A stretch of 49,842 nucleotides of DNA from a bacterium. Its GTDB lineage: Bacteria; JAHJDO01. The first letter of the stretch is position 1, and the number at the start of each line of letters is the position of its first letter. Where the stretch lies: positions 1-49,842 of the forward strand of contig JBDRTG010000008.1 in NCBI GenBank assembly GCA_043824255.1, read 5' to 3'. Made by a program: the position numbers and the translations under genes. The notes under the pieces were generated by a model, which was not told the DNA's origin, made no database searches, and worked only from the letters and a program-made list of their open reading frames with translations. Of this stretch, positions 20,231 through 30,510 are shown one piece after another.

Positions 20231-21688
20231 ATGGCTCTTTTAACCAAATCAAAATACCTTGCAGGGCTTCAGTGTTCAAAACTATTATGGATGCTTGTCA
20301 AAGCGAAGGATAGGATTCCTGCGCCGGCTGAGGATGCTCAATTTAGAATGGATGCTGGAACTGAAGTTGGGATCCTGGCTAAACAATTATTTCCCGAAGG
20401 CATTGATATTCTGACTGATGATTTCATGCGGAATATTTATTTGACAAAGGATAGTCTGTCAGAAAATGTGCCGCTCTTTGAAGCAGGGATCATGGCTAAT
20501 AATTGCTACTCAAGAATTGACGTTCTCAAGCCAAATGATGACGGGAGCTTTGATATCATTGAAGTCAAATCAGGAACAAAGGTTAAAGAAGAGAATGTCC
20601 ACGATGTTTCTTTTCAAAAACATTGCTGTGAAATGGCAGGGCTGAAGATCGCAAAATGCCGTTTATGCTTTATCAATAACCAATATGTCAGGCAGGGCGA
20701 TATTAATGTTGGGGAATTGTTCTCCATTCAGGATATAACCATTGAAGTGGCTGAAGCTCAGCAGGGTATTCAGGAGAGAATCGCTAAGATGGCTGATGCC
20801 GTAAGATTGAGCAGATGCCCTTCGGTTTTGATAGGCAGACACTGCGATTCTCCTTATACATGCAATTTAAAAGATGAATGCTGGGAATTCCTGCCTGAAA
20901 ATAATATTTTCACACTCTGCGGAGGCGTGGGAAAAAGCGCTGAGCTCTTCAATAACGGCGTACACAGCATAGCGGATATTCCGGATGATTTTAGACTTAC
21001 AGATAAGCAGGATATCCAGAAGAAGTGCGGGCAAACAGGAGAATGTCACGTTCAGCCTTCAGGGATAAAGCAGTTTCTTGATACATTGAATTATCCTCTC
21101 TATTATCTGGATTTCGAGACCTTTTCTCCTGCGGTTCCCGAATACGATAATTCCAGGCCATATCAGAAGATTCCGTTTCAGTATTCTCTCCATATTCAGC
21201 AGAAAGATAACAAAACAGAGCATTTTGAATTTCTTGCGGAAGGAAGTGAAGACCCGAGACCTGCATTATTAAAAAATCTAAAAGAGGTTCTTGGAACTAA
21301 GAGCAGTATTGTTGTTTATAATCAACCATTTGAGAAAGGCGTTTTAAGTGAGCTGGCAAGAGATTTCCCCAAATATCAGAATTGGGTCAATGGAATACTT
21401 CCAGGAATAGTAGACCTGCTAATTCCTTTCAGAAACTTTTACTACTATAATCCATCTCAGCAAGGCAGCGCCTCTATGAAAAAAGTCCTTCCGGCGATTA
21501 CGGGAGAAAGCTACGAAGGAATGGAGATCGCAACCGGGGAAGATGCAAGTATGCAGTTCTTTCAAAGCCACATTAAAAGTAAGTCAAACAACAAAGAAGA
21601 AATAAGAAAGAACCTGTTGAAATACTGCTGTTTGGATACAGAAGGAATGGTGTTAATTATTAGCGAATTGAAAAAGTTTGTGAATTAG
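20231..21688 (+). CDS. DUF2779-type protein: Cas4-like PD-(D/E)xK nuclease plus RNase H-like exonuclease domain
   Basis: LTKSKY..GLQC.K.LW, RIDVL..IIEVKS, C-x5-C-x5-C, YLDFET, QKIPFQYSLH, YN..FE, S.K.VLP, YC.LD. Confidence 0.85.
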   Translation: MALLTKSKYLAGLQCSKLLWMLVKAKDRIPAPAEDAQFRMDAGTEVGILAKQLFPEGIDILTDDFMRNIYLTKDSLSENVPLFEAGIMANNCYSRIDVLKPNDDGSFDIIEVKSGTKVKEENVHDVSFQKHCCEMAGLKIAKCRLCFINNQYVRQGDINVGELFSIQDITIEVAEAQQGIQERIAKMADAVRLSRCPSVLIGRHCDSPYTCNLKDECWEFLPENNIFTLCGGVGKSAELFNNGVHSIADIPDDFRLTDKQDIQKKCGQTGECHVQPSGIKQFLDTLNYPLYYLDFETFSPAVPEYDNSRPYQKIPFQYSLHIQQKDNKTEHFEFLAEGSEDPRPALLKNLKEVLGTKSSIVVYNQPFEKGVLSELARDFPKYQNWVNGILPGIVDLLIPFRNFYYYNPSQQGSASMKKVLPAITGESYEGMEIATGEDASMQFFQSHIKSKSNNKEEIRKNLLKYCCLDTEGMVLIISELKKFVN

Positions 21689-21745
21689 ATAAACCATGAT
21701 AATATCATGGCAGAAGTTATTGTTTAATAATCAATATAAAAAAGG

Positions 21746-22594
21746 ATGGGACTTTTAAAAGGATATATGCTAAATGGATTCCGAATGGCACTATCCTGGT
21801 CTTATAATAAGAAAAAAGGAATCGGAACGGAAACGGTTGTTCATGGGCAGAGATGGGGCGCGATGTACAGCGGCTATTTCTCTGACCCCGCGACTGCAGG
21901 TCCTCTGGTCAAAACAATAAAAAACATTCTGGTAAAATCTCCGGCGGATGTGGTTGTGGACTTAGGGGGAGGAACGGGTTTTCTGCTGTCTCAGTTGAGA
22001 GCGCAGGGAATCGGCGCTGATACAGCTCTTGTGAACATTGACTGCTCAGATGCCCAACTTGCTTTGTCAAATAAGGAAAACATTTCCTCTGTCTGCACCT
22101 CAGTAGATAAGTTCAGGCGCAGTGATGTTGCGTCCAAAGATGGACGGGTTTTATTCATGATGCGGTCCGTTCTCCACTACTTCGGGGAAGATGGTTTGTC
22201 GCCTTTATTGTGCTATCTTCGCAGTCAGGCAAAAGCAGGTGAGTTTTTTGTGCATCAGACTGCGTCGTTTGACAACGAGGAAGAAGCTGTCTGCCTCAAT
22301 GCGCTGTATAGACACATGCGTACTAACAAATGGTATCCCACGGTTAAAGACTTGCAGAGACACATGACGGATTCCCGCTGGCGCGTAACGGATACGACTC
22401 CTGCGCGTTCGCTCCTGTTGACCTCGGATGAATTGGGCCAGAGGTATGCTCTGAACACAAGTGATATCGCTTATATACGCGATATAATGGCGAAAGAATT
22501 CGGCGTGATGAAAGACGTCTTTCGACTCATGCCGTCTGGATTTCAGGCGAACTTGCACTACCGAATTTACACATGTGAGGCTGTTTCTGCTTAA
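21746..22594 (+). CDS. Class I SAM-dependent methyltransferase (start uncertain)
   Basis: VVDLGGGTG motif I, MRSVLHY; GC-richer than its flanks. Confidence 0.8.
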   Translation: MGLLKGYMLNGFRMALSWSYNKKKGIGTETVVHGQRWGAMYSGYFSDPATAGPLVKTIKNILVKSPADVVVDLGGGTGFLLSQLRAQGIGADTALVNIDCSDAQLALSNKENISSVCTSVDKFRRSDVASKDGRVLFMMRSVLHYFGEDGLSPLLCYLRSQAKAGEFFVHQTASFDNEEEAVCLNALYRHMRTNKWYPTVKDLQRHMTDSRWRVTDTTPARSLLLTSDELGQRYALNTSDIAYIRDIMAKEFGVMKDVFRLMPSGFQANLHYRIYTCEAVSA

Positions 22595-22612
22595 CTGTAA
22601 TTATCTTCCTAT

Positions 22613-22641
22613 TTGACACTGTTTTATAGGCAATGTAGAAT
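22613..22641 (+). promoter_or_regulatory. sigma70-type promoter upstream of nadB
   Basis: TTGACA-17-TAGAAT. Confidence 0.7.
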
Positions 22642-22648
22642 GCGGCTT

Positions 22649-24253
22649 ATGAATAAATTCTTAATATCCTTCAATTCAAAAAACCTGCCGTCTATCAAAA
22701 CTGATATTTTAGTTATTGGAAGCGGGGTAGCCGGACTCTCTGCTGCTATTCAGGCGGCAAAATACGGAGAGGTAACTATAATAACCAAGGATAAACTCAG
22801 CGAAAGCAACACTCAAAAAGCACAGGGTGGAATAGCTGTAGCATTATCAGAGAATGATTCGCTTAATGGGCATATAGAGGATACATTAAGAGTTGGGTGC
22901 GGGTTATGCAACGAGAAGACGGTCAAAATAATAGTAGAAGAAGGACCTGCCCGTATCAAGGAATTGATCCAATGGGGAGCGGAATTTGACAAGCAGGGAA
23001 ATTCTCTCTCTTTTACTCAGGAAGCAGGCCATAGCATACGAAGAGTGATTCATGCAAAAGGCGATGCTACGGGTATAGAATTAGAAAGAGCACTGATAGC
23101 AAAAGTCAAGCAGAGCACTAATATTAAGATTTTAGAGCATGCTTTTGCCATAGATTTACTTCATAGAGACGGAACTTGTTTTGGCGCTGTTGTTAATGTG
23201 AAAAATGATAAGAAGAAGATAGTTTATGCGCGTAAAGTAATATTAGCCACAGGTGGAATTGGGCAGGTTTATCGGGAGACAACGAATTCCCCTGTTGCTA
23301 CAGGATGCGGCATGGCGCTTGCCTATAGAGCGGGCGCTGAGCTTATAGATATGGAATTTGTTCAGTTTCATCCTACTACTTTATATGTAGCAGGCCTATC
23401 ACGCACCTTAATCTCTGAGGCAGTTAGAGGTGAAGGCGGAGTCTTGAGAAACAAGCATGGTGAGAGATTTATGTTTAAATATCATAAGGATGGAGAACTT
23501 GCTCCTCGTGATGTGATGTCAAGATCAATTCTGAAAGAGATGAGAGAAACTGCTGATACACGAGTCTATTTAGACCTTACACACTTAAGTTATAAGTTAG
23601 TAGAAAATCGTTTCCCGAATATAATGGAGGTTTGTTCTTCTTTTGGCATAGATATTAAAAAGGATTTTATACCTGTTCGGCCTACTGCTCATTATATGAT
23701 AGGAGGAATTAAAATAGATGAAAATGGGAAAACTAATATTCAAAATCTATATGCGTGCGGAGAGACAGCTTCTTCAGGGGTTCATGGTGCTAACAGACTG
23801 GCGAGCAATTCTCTACTTGAAGGACTTGTTTTTGGCTATAGAGCAGGGCAATCTGCAGGCAAGGATATGGATGGTGGAAAGCGATTTGAGAGGACTCCGG
23901 ATATAAGCAATGTATTAGACCCAGTTAGCGCAAGAAAACTGGATATAGGAGATCTTAAAGCTTCTCTAAAAAGTTTAATGACAAGGTATGTGGGTATTGA
24001 AAGAAATGAGGCAGGTCTTTTGGCAGCTCAGAAAGAAATTAATTTTTGGTCTTCATATGTAATGAGGAAAGAATTTTCAGATATCAGGGATTGGGAATTT
24101 CAAAATATGCTTCTTGTAGCAGGGCTTGTCCAGAAAGCGGCTCTTATCAGGAAGGAGACTAGAGGAGTTCACTATCGCAAGGATTATCCAGTGCAGAATG
24201 ATAAAAAGTGGCGAAATACTCATATAGAGTTATCTTTAAAAAAGGACTATTAG
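22649..24253 (+). CDS. nadB: L-aspartate oxidase
   Basis: GSGVAGL, AQGGIA, EAGHS..R, QFHPT, SEAVRGEG, LAPRD, HGANRLASNSLLE. Confidence 0.95.
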   Translation: MNKFLISFNSKNLPSIKTDILVIGSGVAGLSAAIQAAKYGEVTIITKDKLSESNTQKAQGGIAVALSENDSLNGHIEDTLRVGCGLCNEKTVKIIVEEGPARIKELIQWGAEFDKQGNSLSFTQEAGHSIRRVIHAKGDATGIELERALIAKVKQSTNIKILEHAFAIDLLHRDGTCFGAVVNVKNDKKKIVYARKVILATGGIGQVYRETTNSPVATGCGMALAYRAGAELIDMEFVQFHPTTLYVAGLSRTLISEAVRGEGGVLRNKHGERFMFKYHKDGELAPRDVMSRSILKEMRETADTRVYLDLTHLSYKLVENRFPNIMEVCSSFGIDIKKDFIPVRPTAHYMIGGIKIDENGKTNIQNLYACGETASSGVHGANRLASNSLLEGLVFGYRAGQSAGKDMDGGKRFERTPDISNVLDPVSARKLDIGDLKASLKSLMTRYVGIERNEAGLLAAQKEINFWSSYVMRKEFSDIRDWEFQNMLLVAGLVQKAALIRKETRGVHYRKDYPVQNDKKWRNTHIELSLKKDY

Positions 24254-24275
24254 ATTGCTATTTTATAAGTGATAT

Positions 24276-25181
24276 ATGAAGGCAGTGGTAAAGGTTCCTG
24301 GTTCATGTGGAGAATTGTGGCAGGGTGTGCTTGATGGGACACATCTTCTTATAACATGTCCTGTGAATGTCTATTCATATGTTGAGGTTAATGTAGATGA
24401 ATCAAATTCCAGAATAGAGGCACCTGATGATAAGTATAAGTCCTGCGAGGCTATGAGAAAGATTCTGGATTATTTTGGTATGCTTAAATGTGGCGGGGAA
24501 ATATGTATAGATTCTGAAATTCCACAGGAAAAAGGCATGAGCAGCAGTACTGCGGACATAGTTGGAACCTGCACTGGCACAGCGAAGGCTTTAGGCAGAG
24601 ATATAACCCCTTTGGAAATTGTCAGAATAGCAGTTTCTATTGAGCCAACAGACGGTTTGATGTTTAAAGACATGCTGACTTTTGATCATATAAGTGGCGC
24701 AATAAAGGAATATATTGGCCCTCCTCCTGAGATGGATATATTGGTTATTGATTTAGGTGGAAGAGTTAATACTCTTGAGTTTAATTCCAGACGTAATGAA
24801 ATATTGAAGAAATTCAATAATGCTTTAGAGTTAAGAGAGGCTTATGAGCTTGTTAAAGACGGAATCAGAAAAAAAGACATACATATGCTTGGAAAAGGCG
24901 CAACAATGAGCGCTGAGTTCAATCAGAAAATTCTGTATAAAAGAGAGCTTACGGATCTTATGAAAATTGCAAATGAATTAGGAGCTTGCGGAGTTAATAC
25001 TGCTCATAGTGGAACAGTTGTTGGTATTTTGTTTTCCCCGGGTCAGATTGATATGCAGACAGTTGTTTGCAGGATAGAAAAAAGATTCAAGGCAAAGTTC
25101 ACCTTTTATATTACTAAACTTTTGAATGGGGGAGGAGAACTAGTTGAAACCTCAGCACGGCGGCAACTTATACCGAATTAG
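24276..25181 (+). CDS. pduX: L-threonine kinase (GHMP family)
   Basis: PGSCGEL.QG, KGMSSSTAD, IEPTDG, AHSGTVVG; next to cobD. Confidence 0.92.
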   Translation: MKAVVKVPGSCGELWQGVLDGTHLLITCPVNVYSYVEVNVDESNSRIEAPDDKYKSCEAMRKILDYFGMLKCGGEICIDSEIPQEKGMSSSTADIVGTCTGTAKALGRDITPLEIVRIAVSIEPTDGLMFKDMLTFDHISGAIKEYIGPPPEMDILVIDLGGRVNTLEFNSRRNEILKKFNNALELREAYELVKDGIRKKDIHMLGKGATMSAEFNQKILYKRELTDLMKIANELGACGVNTAHSGTVVGILFSPGQIDMQTVVCRIEKRFKAKFTFYITKLLNGGGELVETSARRQLIPN

Positions 25182-26211
25182 TAAAAAATACAATATAGTA
25201 CTTGATGAGATATTTGACTTTAGCGCAAATATAAATCCACTTTACTTTCCAGATGGACTGAAGCGGATTCTGAAAGAAGATTTTAATAAAATCCGCATGT
25301 ATCCTGATCCTGATTGTAACCAGTTGATAAGTGCAATCTCAGATAGGTATAACATCAAGAAAACATGTTTGGTTCCATCTAATGGGGCAACAGAACTAAT
25401 ATACCTTATATGCTACTTGCTGCGTCCCAAAAAGGCAGCGATTATTATTCCTACGTTTTCAGAATATGAGAAAGCATTGTCAAACATTGGTTGTGATATT
25501 AAATTCGTAAAACTGGAAGAGAAGGAAGGATTTAAGTTAGAATTGCAGGCTATAAGAAGTCTTATTAAGAGCGTTGAAGTCCTCTTTATCTGTAATCCGA
25601 ATAATCCAACAGGTCAGAAGATATCTCGCAATACACTTTATAATGTCATGGATCTTGCCAAGCGACATAATGTCTTTGTAGTAATTGATGAGGCATTTAT
25701 AGATTTGATTGAGGAAGAGAGTTTAGTTGCAAGAGCTCAAAGGCAACAAAATCTTTTTGTTGTAAGGTCATTGACAAAGTTTCTTGGGATTCCAGGATTA
25801 AGGCTTGGCTTCGGAGTAGCGTCTGCTCGCTTAAGCGCAAAGATAAAAAAATTTCAGCCTACATGGTCTGTAAATACACTTGCTCAAATTGCAGGCTCTT
25901 ATTTATTAGCTGACTCAGCATATATTGAGAAAAGCAAAAGAATTTTGATTAAGGAACGAAATTTTCTGTCTTCCGAATTAAAAAAGATAAAATCCATAAA
26001 GGTATTTGACTCATGTACAAACTTTATTCTGTTTAAATTAGTTGATCGTTTTAAGGTTGAAGATTTAGAGGAACTTCTCATAAAGGACAAAATTGTTGTA
26101 AGAAACTGCGGCAATTTCAGGGGATTGAATAGTTCGTTTGTAAGAGTAGCAGTTAAGAAAAGGGCGGAGAATAAGCTCTTGATTAAGGCTCTTAGAAATA
26201 TATTCGGATGA
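25144..26211 (+). CDS. cobD: Threonine-phosphate decarboxylase
   Basis: HGGN, DFSANINP, CNPNNPTG, DEAF, RSLTKF.GIPGLRLG. Confidence 0.93.
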   Translation: MKPQHGGNLYRISKKYNIVLDEIFDFSANINPLYFPDGLKRILKEDFNKIRMYPDPDCNQLISAISDRYNIKKTCLVPSNGATELIYLICYLLRPKKAAIIIPTFSEYEKALSNIGCDIKFVKLEEKEGFKLELQAIRSLIKSVEVLFICNPNNPTGQKISRNTLYNVMDLAKRHNVFVVIDEAFIDLIEEESLVARAQRQQNLFVVRSLTKFLGIPGLRLGFGVASARLSAKIKKFQPTWSVNTLAQIAGSYLLADSAYIEKSKRILIKERNFLSSELKKIKSIKVFDSCTNFILFKLVDRFKVEDLEELLIKDKIVVRNCGNFRGLNSSFVRVAVKKRAENKLLIKALRNIFG

Positions 26212-27158
26212 CATATTTCATTACAATTCAAATAATTTTTGCATATATTCTGGATTTGATTATAGGCGATCCTCAATGGCTTCCTCATCCAATTGTCTTA
26301 ATAGGCAAGGCAATAGAGATATTAGAAAAGGGCATAACAAAAGTTATAACTAATAAAAAAGTCGCTGGAATAATTCTGGCATTTCTGGTTGTAGTTGGAA
26401 CATATTTTTTTGTTTTTATATTGATAGGGCTTGCAGCACGCTTGCATTGGATATTTGGAGTAATAGTAAGTATTTATTTTGTTTTTGTCTCATTGTCAGT
26501 AAAAGACCTCGCAATTGAAACAAACAGAGTGTATACATCTCTAAATAAGAACAATTTATCTCTGGCAAGGAAGAATTTGTCGAGAATTGTTGGAAGGGAT
26601 ACTGAAGATTTAAATGAGAGAGAAATTATAAGAGCCAGTGTGGAAACTGTGGCGGAGAACACAGTAGATGGAATTATTTCCCCTGTTTTTTTTGCATTTA
26701 TTGGAGGAGCGCCTTTATCTATGGCGTACAAGTCAGTAAATACACTTGATTCAATGGTTGGGTACAAGAGCAAGAGATATATAGATCTTGGATGGGCATC
26801 AGCTAAACTGGATGACATCGTTAATTTTATACCTGCACGAATATCAATGGCCTTAATTCCAATAGCTTCATTCATTTCTGGAAAGAGATTCAGGGATTCT
26901 GTAAGAATAGTTTTAAGAGATAGGAAGAAGCATGCAAGTCCAAATAGCGGTATTCCTGAAGCAGCATTTGCAGGAGCACTTGGAGTAAGACTTGGAGGGG
27001 CAAATTATTATGAGGGAAAACTGGTTGAGAAATCTTGTATAGGCGATGCTGAGAAGCCTTTGGAGCTTTTAGACATAAAAGATTCTATAGGGATAATGTA
27101 TGCATGTTCTGCATTGTCAATAGTTTTTGGGTGCTGCATAAAACTGTTAATAAAATAG
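26208..27158 (+). CDS. cbiB: Adenosylcobinamide-phosphate synthase
   Basis: GDP...HP, IVGRDT, ETVAEN..DG, NTLDSMVGY, SPNSG.PEA. Confidence 0.96.
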   Translation: MTYFITIQIIFAYILDLIIGDPQWLPHPIVLIGKAIEILEKGITKVITNKKVAGIILAFLVVVGTYFFVFILIGLAARLHWIFGVIVSIYFVFVSLSVKDLAIETNRVYTSLNKNNLSLARKNLSRIVGRDTEDLNEREIIRASVETVAENTVDGIISPVFFAFIGGAPLSMAYKSVNTLDSMVGYKSKRYIDLGWASAKLDDIVNFIPARISMALIPIASFISGKRFRDSVRIVLRDRKKHASPNSGIPEAAFAGALGVRLGGANYYEGKLVEKSCIGDAEKPLELLDIKDSIGIMYACSALSIVFGCCIKLLIK

Positions 27159-27169
27159 GAGAGTAAATC

Positions 27170-28240
27170 ATGGACAAAATCAAACAGGTAATTAGTAAAA
27201 TCAAGCCGTTAGATATAAAACTTATGGATGAAGCGCAGAGAAAACTTGATAATCTTACCAAACCGAGAGGGAGTCTTGGTAGATTAGAGGAGTTCGCAAA
27301 ACAGGTTGTGGGAATTACAGGAAATCTCAAGCCTGAATTCAGGAATAAAGTGATTTTTACAATGGCTGGAGATCATGGAGTTGTAGAAGAAGGGGTTAGT
27401 GCGTTCCCTCAGGAAGTCACACCTCAAATGGTCTATAATTTTTTAAGAGAAGGTGCAGGTATTAATGTTCTGGCCAAACATGTTGGAGCAAAGGTAGTTG
27501 TCATTGATATGGGAGTAGCCACAGAAATTAAAAACTCAAAATTAAAAACTCAAAATTTCATAGATAAAAATGTGGGTTTTGGCACCAAGAACATGACAAA
27601 AGGTCCTGCAATGACAAGAGAGGAGGCAGTAAAATCAATAGAGAATGGTATGGAAGTATTTATGGAAAGGGAAAAACAGGGGATTGATATATTAGGGACA
27701 GGTGATATGGGAATAGGGAATACTACGCCGAGCAGTGCAGTGATTGCAGCCTTTTCAGGGATTGAAGTTGAGAAAGTCACGGGCCGCGGAACAGGGATTT
27801 CAGATAAAGCATTTGAGAATAAAGTTAGAGTTATAAAAAAGGCATTGGATATTAATAAGCCTGATTCTAAAGATCCTATTGATGTATTAGCAAAGGTCGG
27901 CGGATTTGAAATTGGTGGATTATGCGGCTGTGTGCTCGGGGCAGCGGCAGCAAATACTCCTGTTGTAATTGATGGACTAATATCTACAGCGGGCGCTCTT
28001 ATTGCATACGAACTATGCCCTCAGGTAAAGGATTATATTTTTGCGGCGCATAAATCTGTGGAAGCAGGACATCAGTACATGCTCAATAGAATGAAACTTA
28101 ATCCAATTTTAGACTTAAACATGAGACTGGGAGAAGGCACAGGAGCAGCGCTTGGGATCAGCATAATAGAAGCAGGAATAAAGATATTAAATGAAATGGC
28201 AACTTTTGAAGATGCAGGAGTGTCAGAGGAAATAAAATGA
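27170..28240 (+). CDS. cobT: Nicotinate-nucleotide:dimethylbenzimidazole phosphoribosyltransferase
   Basis: [38 protein letters not shown]. Confidence 0.97.
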   Translation: MDKIKQVISKIKPLDIKLMDEAQRKLDNLTKPRGSLGRLEEFAKQVVGITGNLKPEFRNKVIFTMAGDHGVVEEGVSAFPQEVTPQMVYNFLREGAGINVLAKHVGAKVVVIDMGVATEIKNSKLKTQNFIDKNVGFGTKNMTKGPAMTREEAVKSIENGMEVFMEREKQGIDILGTGDMGIGNTTPSSAVIAAFSGIEVEKVTGRGTGISDKAFENKVRVIKKALDINKPDSKDPIDVLAKVGGFEIGGLCGCVLGAAAANTPVVIDGLISTAGALIAYELCPQVKDYIFAAHKSVEAGHQYMLNRMKLNPILDLNMRLGEGTGAALGISIIEAGIKILNEMATFEDAGVSEEIK

Positions 28241-28479
28241 ATGGAGCGATTTCTTTAGCTAATATGCGGTCTGGTCAAAATGGAAGAATAGTTCAAATAG
28301 ATAGCGGAGGCGGGATGACTCGCAGGCTTGATACGCTTGGTTTAAGGGTTGGCAAAAGAATTAAGAAAGTGAGCAGGCAATTAATGAGAGGACCTGTTAT
28401 TATCAGTCATGGGAATACCAGGGCTGCTGTGGGTTTTGGTATGGCTCAGAGAATATGGGTGGAGATAGAGCAACCATGA
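28237..28479 (+). CDS. feoA: FeoA family protein
   Basis: RRL..LGL..G..I, GPV, A.G.GMA..I.V; upstream of feoB. Confidence 0.92.
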   Translation: MNGAISLANMRSGQNGRIVQIDSGGGMTRRLDTLGLRVGKRIKKVSRQLMRGPVIISHGNTRAAVGFGMAQRIWVEIEQP

Positions 28480-30182
28480 AAAAAATATTGCTTATGGGAA
28501 ATCCCAACAATGGCAAGAGTGTAGTTTTCAATAGACTAACGGGTGCAAATGTTATTATCTCCAACTATCCGGGTACAACAGTTGATTTTACGCAGGGTAA
28601 AATGCGGATAGATGAAGAAGAGATGATAGTAATAGATGTGCCGGGAACTTATACCTTAGATGCTGGTGATAAAGCAGAAGAAGTTGCAGTTAGAATGCTT
28701 GAGGGGGGAGATATAGTTATTAATGTTGTTGATGCCACCAATTTGGAAAAAGGTCTTAACCTCACAATGCAATTAATAAAAAAGAAAAAACCTATGATAA
28801 TAGCGCTTAACTTCTGGGATGAAACCAAGCATAAAGGGATTACCATTGATTTTCAAAAGCTGGAAGAGATATTAGGTGTTCCCTGTATCCCTATCTGCGC
28901 AGTTACAGGCGAGGGAATAAAAAAACTGACTGAGAGACTGAAAGAGGCAAAATTTTCTAAGTTTGATTACAAAGATAAAGAAAAATGGCATGTTATAGGA
29001 GATATTATAGGTCAAGTTCAGAAATTGAGTCATCACCACCATACCTTCCTAGAAAGATTAGGAGATATTTCAACGACTCCTGTCTTCGGAATTCCACTAG
29101 CTCTAGTGATATTATTCTTCACTTTCAAAATTATCAGATTTATTGGGGAAGGACTTATTGGTTATGTATTTGAACCTGTTTTTGAAAAATTGTGGACACC
29201 AATATTGCTGAAATTGTCTGCAATATTGGGATCTAATGGACTTATCCATGATATCATAATTGGTAAGCTGATAGAGGGTAAAATAGATTATGGTCAGTCC
29301 TTTGGACTATTGACTACAGGTCTATTTGTTCCGATAGGGGCAGTATTGCCTTATGTTTTTGCTTTCTACATAATGCTGTCCGTTTTAGAAGATTGCGGCT
29401 ATCTGCCCAGATTAGCTGTCCTTGTGGACGGACTGATGCACCGTTTAGGTATACATGGTCTGGCAATAATACCTATGATGCTGGGATTGGGCTGCAATGT
29501 TCCCGGCATTCTCTCCACCAGGATATTAGCTACCAGAAGAGAGCGATTTATCGCGGTGACTCTGTTATCTATTGCAGTACCATGCGCGGCTTTGCAAGCC
29601 ATGGTGGTGGGATTAATGGGCGAGCACATGGTATATGGACTAGGCGTTGTTTACGGAACACTCTTTGTGGTCTGGCTGGTACTGGGAATCTTAATGGCTC
29701 ACCTGGTAAGCGGAACATCACCGGAGATATTTATGGAAATACCACCTTACCGAAGACCTTACCTAACACATCTGCTGAAAAAAACATGGATTCGCACGAA
29801 GTGGTTTATTAAAGAAGCGATTCCTTTTGTGCTTTTGGGAGTATTTATAGTAAACATACTCTATACATTGGGCATAATCCAATTCGTTGGAAAATATACT
29901 GCTCCTGTTATTTCTGGAATTTTTGGACTGCCAAAAGAAGCAATAGGAGCGCTATTAGTTGGCTTCCTGCGTAAAGATGTGGCTGTTGGAATGTTAGCGC
30001 CTTTAGCCCTTAACTTGAAGCAACTGATAATAGCCAGTATAGTCTTGACAATGTATTTTCCATGTATAGCTACTTTCAGCACATTGGTAAAGGAGTTGGG
30101 ATTTGTAGATATGCTCAAAGCATCAGCAATTATGATTGCGGCTGTATTAATAGTAGGAGGAATGCTTAATCTTATTCTTTAA
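28476..30182 (+). CDS. feoB: Ferrous iron transporter B (short form)
   Basis: GNPNNGKS, NYPGTTV, DVPGTY, LEDCGYLPR, GLGCNVP, MEIPPY, YFPCIAT. Confidence 0.94.
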   Translation: MKKILLMGNPNNGKSVVFNRLTGANVIISNYPGTTVDFTQGKMRIDEEEMIVIDVPGTYTLDAGDKAEEVAVRMLEGGDIVINVVDATNLEKGLNLTMQLIKKKKPMIIALNFWDETKHKGITIDFQKLEEILGVPCIPICAVTGEGIKKLTERLKEAKFSKFDYKDKEKWHVIGDIIGQVQKLSHHHHTFLERLGDISTTPVFGIPLALVILFFTFKIIRFIGEGLIGYVFEPVFEKLWTPILLKLSAILGSNGLIHDIIIGKLIEGKIDYGQSFGLLTTGLFVPIGAVLPYVFAFYIMLSVLEDCGYLPRLAVLVDGLMHRLGIHGLAIIPMMLGLGCNVPGILSTRILATRRERFIAVTLLSIAVPCAALQAMVVGLMGEHMVYGLGVVYGTLFVVWLVLGILMAHLVSGTSPEIFMEIPPYRRPYLTHLLKKTWIRTKWFIKEAIPFVLLGVFIVNILYTLGIIQFVGKYTAPVISGIFGLPKEAIGALLVGFLRKDVAVGMLAPLALNLKQLIIASIVLTMYFPCIATFSTLVKELGFVDMLKASAIMIAAVLIVGGMLNLIL

Positions 30183-30200
30183 GAAAACACAAATCTGTTA

Positions 30201-30228
30201 TAGACATACGAATTGATAGTGTTATAAT
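30201..30228 (+). promoter_or_regulatory. Putative promoter for the cobalamin riboswitch leader
   Basis: TAGACA-16-TATAAT with TG extended -10. Confidence 0.6.
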
Positions 30229-30257
30229 TCAGCAAGTTTAGAATGTTCTTTTGAAAA

Positions 30258-30392
30258 TTAGTTTTTAGCCGGAGAGGCAAAGGAAGTCCCAGTGAGATTC
30301 TGGGCGCTGTCCCGCAACGGTAATTCCCGAAAATTTCGAGAAAGCCCGGACCATTGCCTGTTCAGGTAAGTACCTTCGTGGAAAGGGGGAAG
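30258..30392 (+). promoter_or_regulatory. Cobalamin riboswitch
   Basis: AAAGGAA-GTCCCAGTGAGATTCTGGGC-GCTGTCCCGCAACGGTA core and B12-box-like AAGCCCGGACCATTGCCT, then CCTTCGTGGAAAGG. Boundaries approximate. Confidence 0.9.
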
Positions 30393-30404
30393 TTTTTATA
30401 ATAG

Positions 30405-30435
30405 AAAGCTCAATCTGCGAAGATTGGGCTTTTTT
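30405..30435 (+). terminator. Intrinsic terminator of the riboswitch leader
   Basis: AAGCTCAATCT-gcga-AGATTGGGCTT followed by a T run. Confidence 0.85.
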
Positions 30436-30452
30436 GTTTTTGGATGAGTTAA

Positions 30453-30484
30453 CTCACCCTGACCCTCTCTTGAGAAGAGAGGGT
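30453..30484. repeat. CTCACCC...CCCTCTC/GAGAGGG REP-like hairpin
   Basis: CTCACCCTG-ACCCTCTCTT-gag-AAGAGAGGGT, 10-bp stem. Confidence 0.6.
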
Positions 30485-30510
30485 AAAGCAAACAATAAAA
30501 AGGGAAAAAG

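Noticed and set aside
22588..22612. attC after the methyltransferase (GCTTAAC containing the stop codon)
   Set aside because: Matches RYYYAAC but has no paired L boxes or GTTRRRY downstream.
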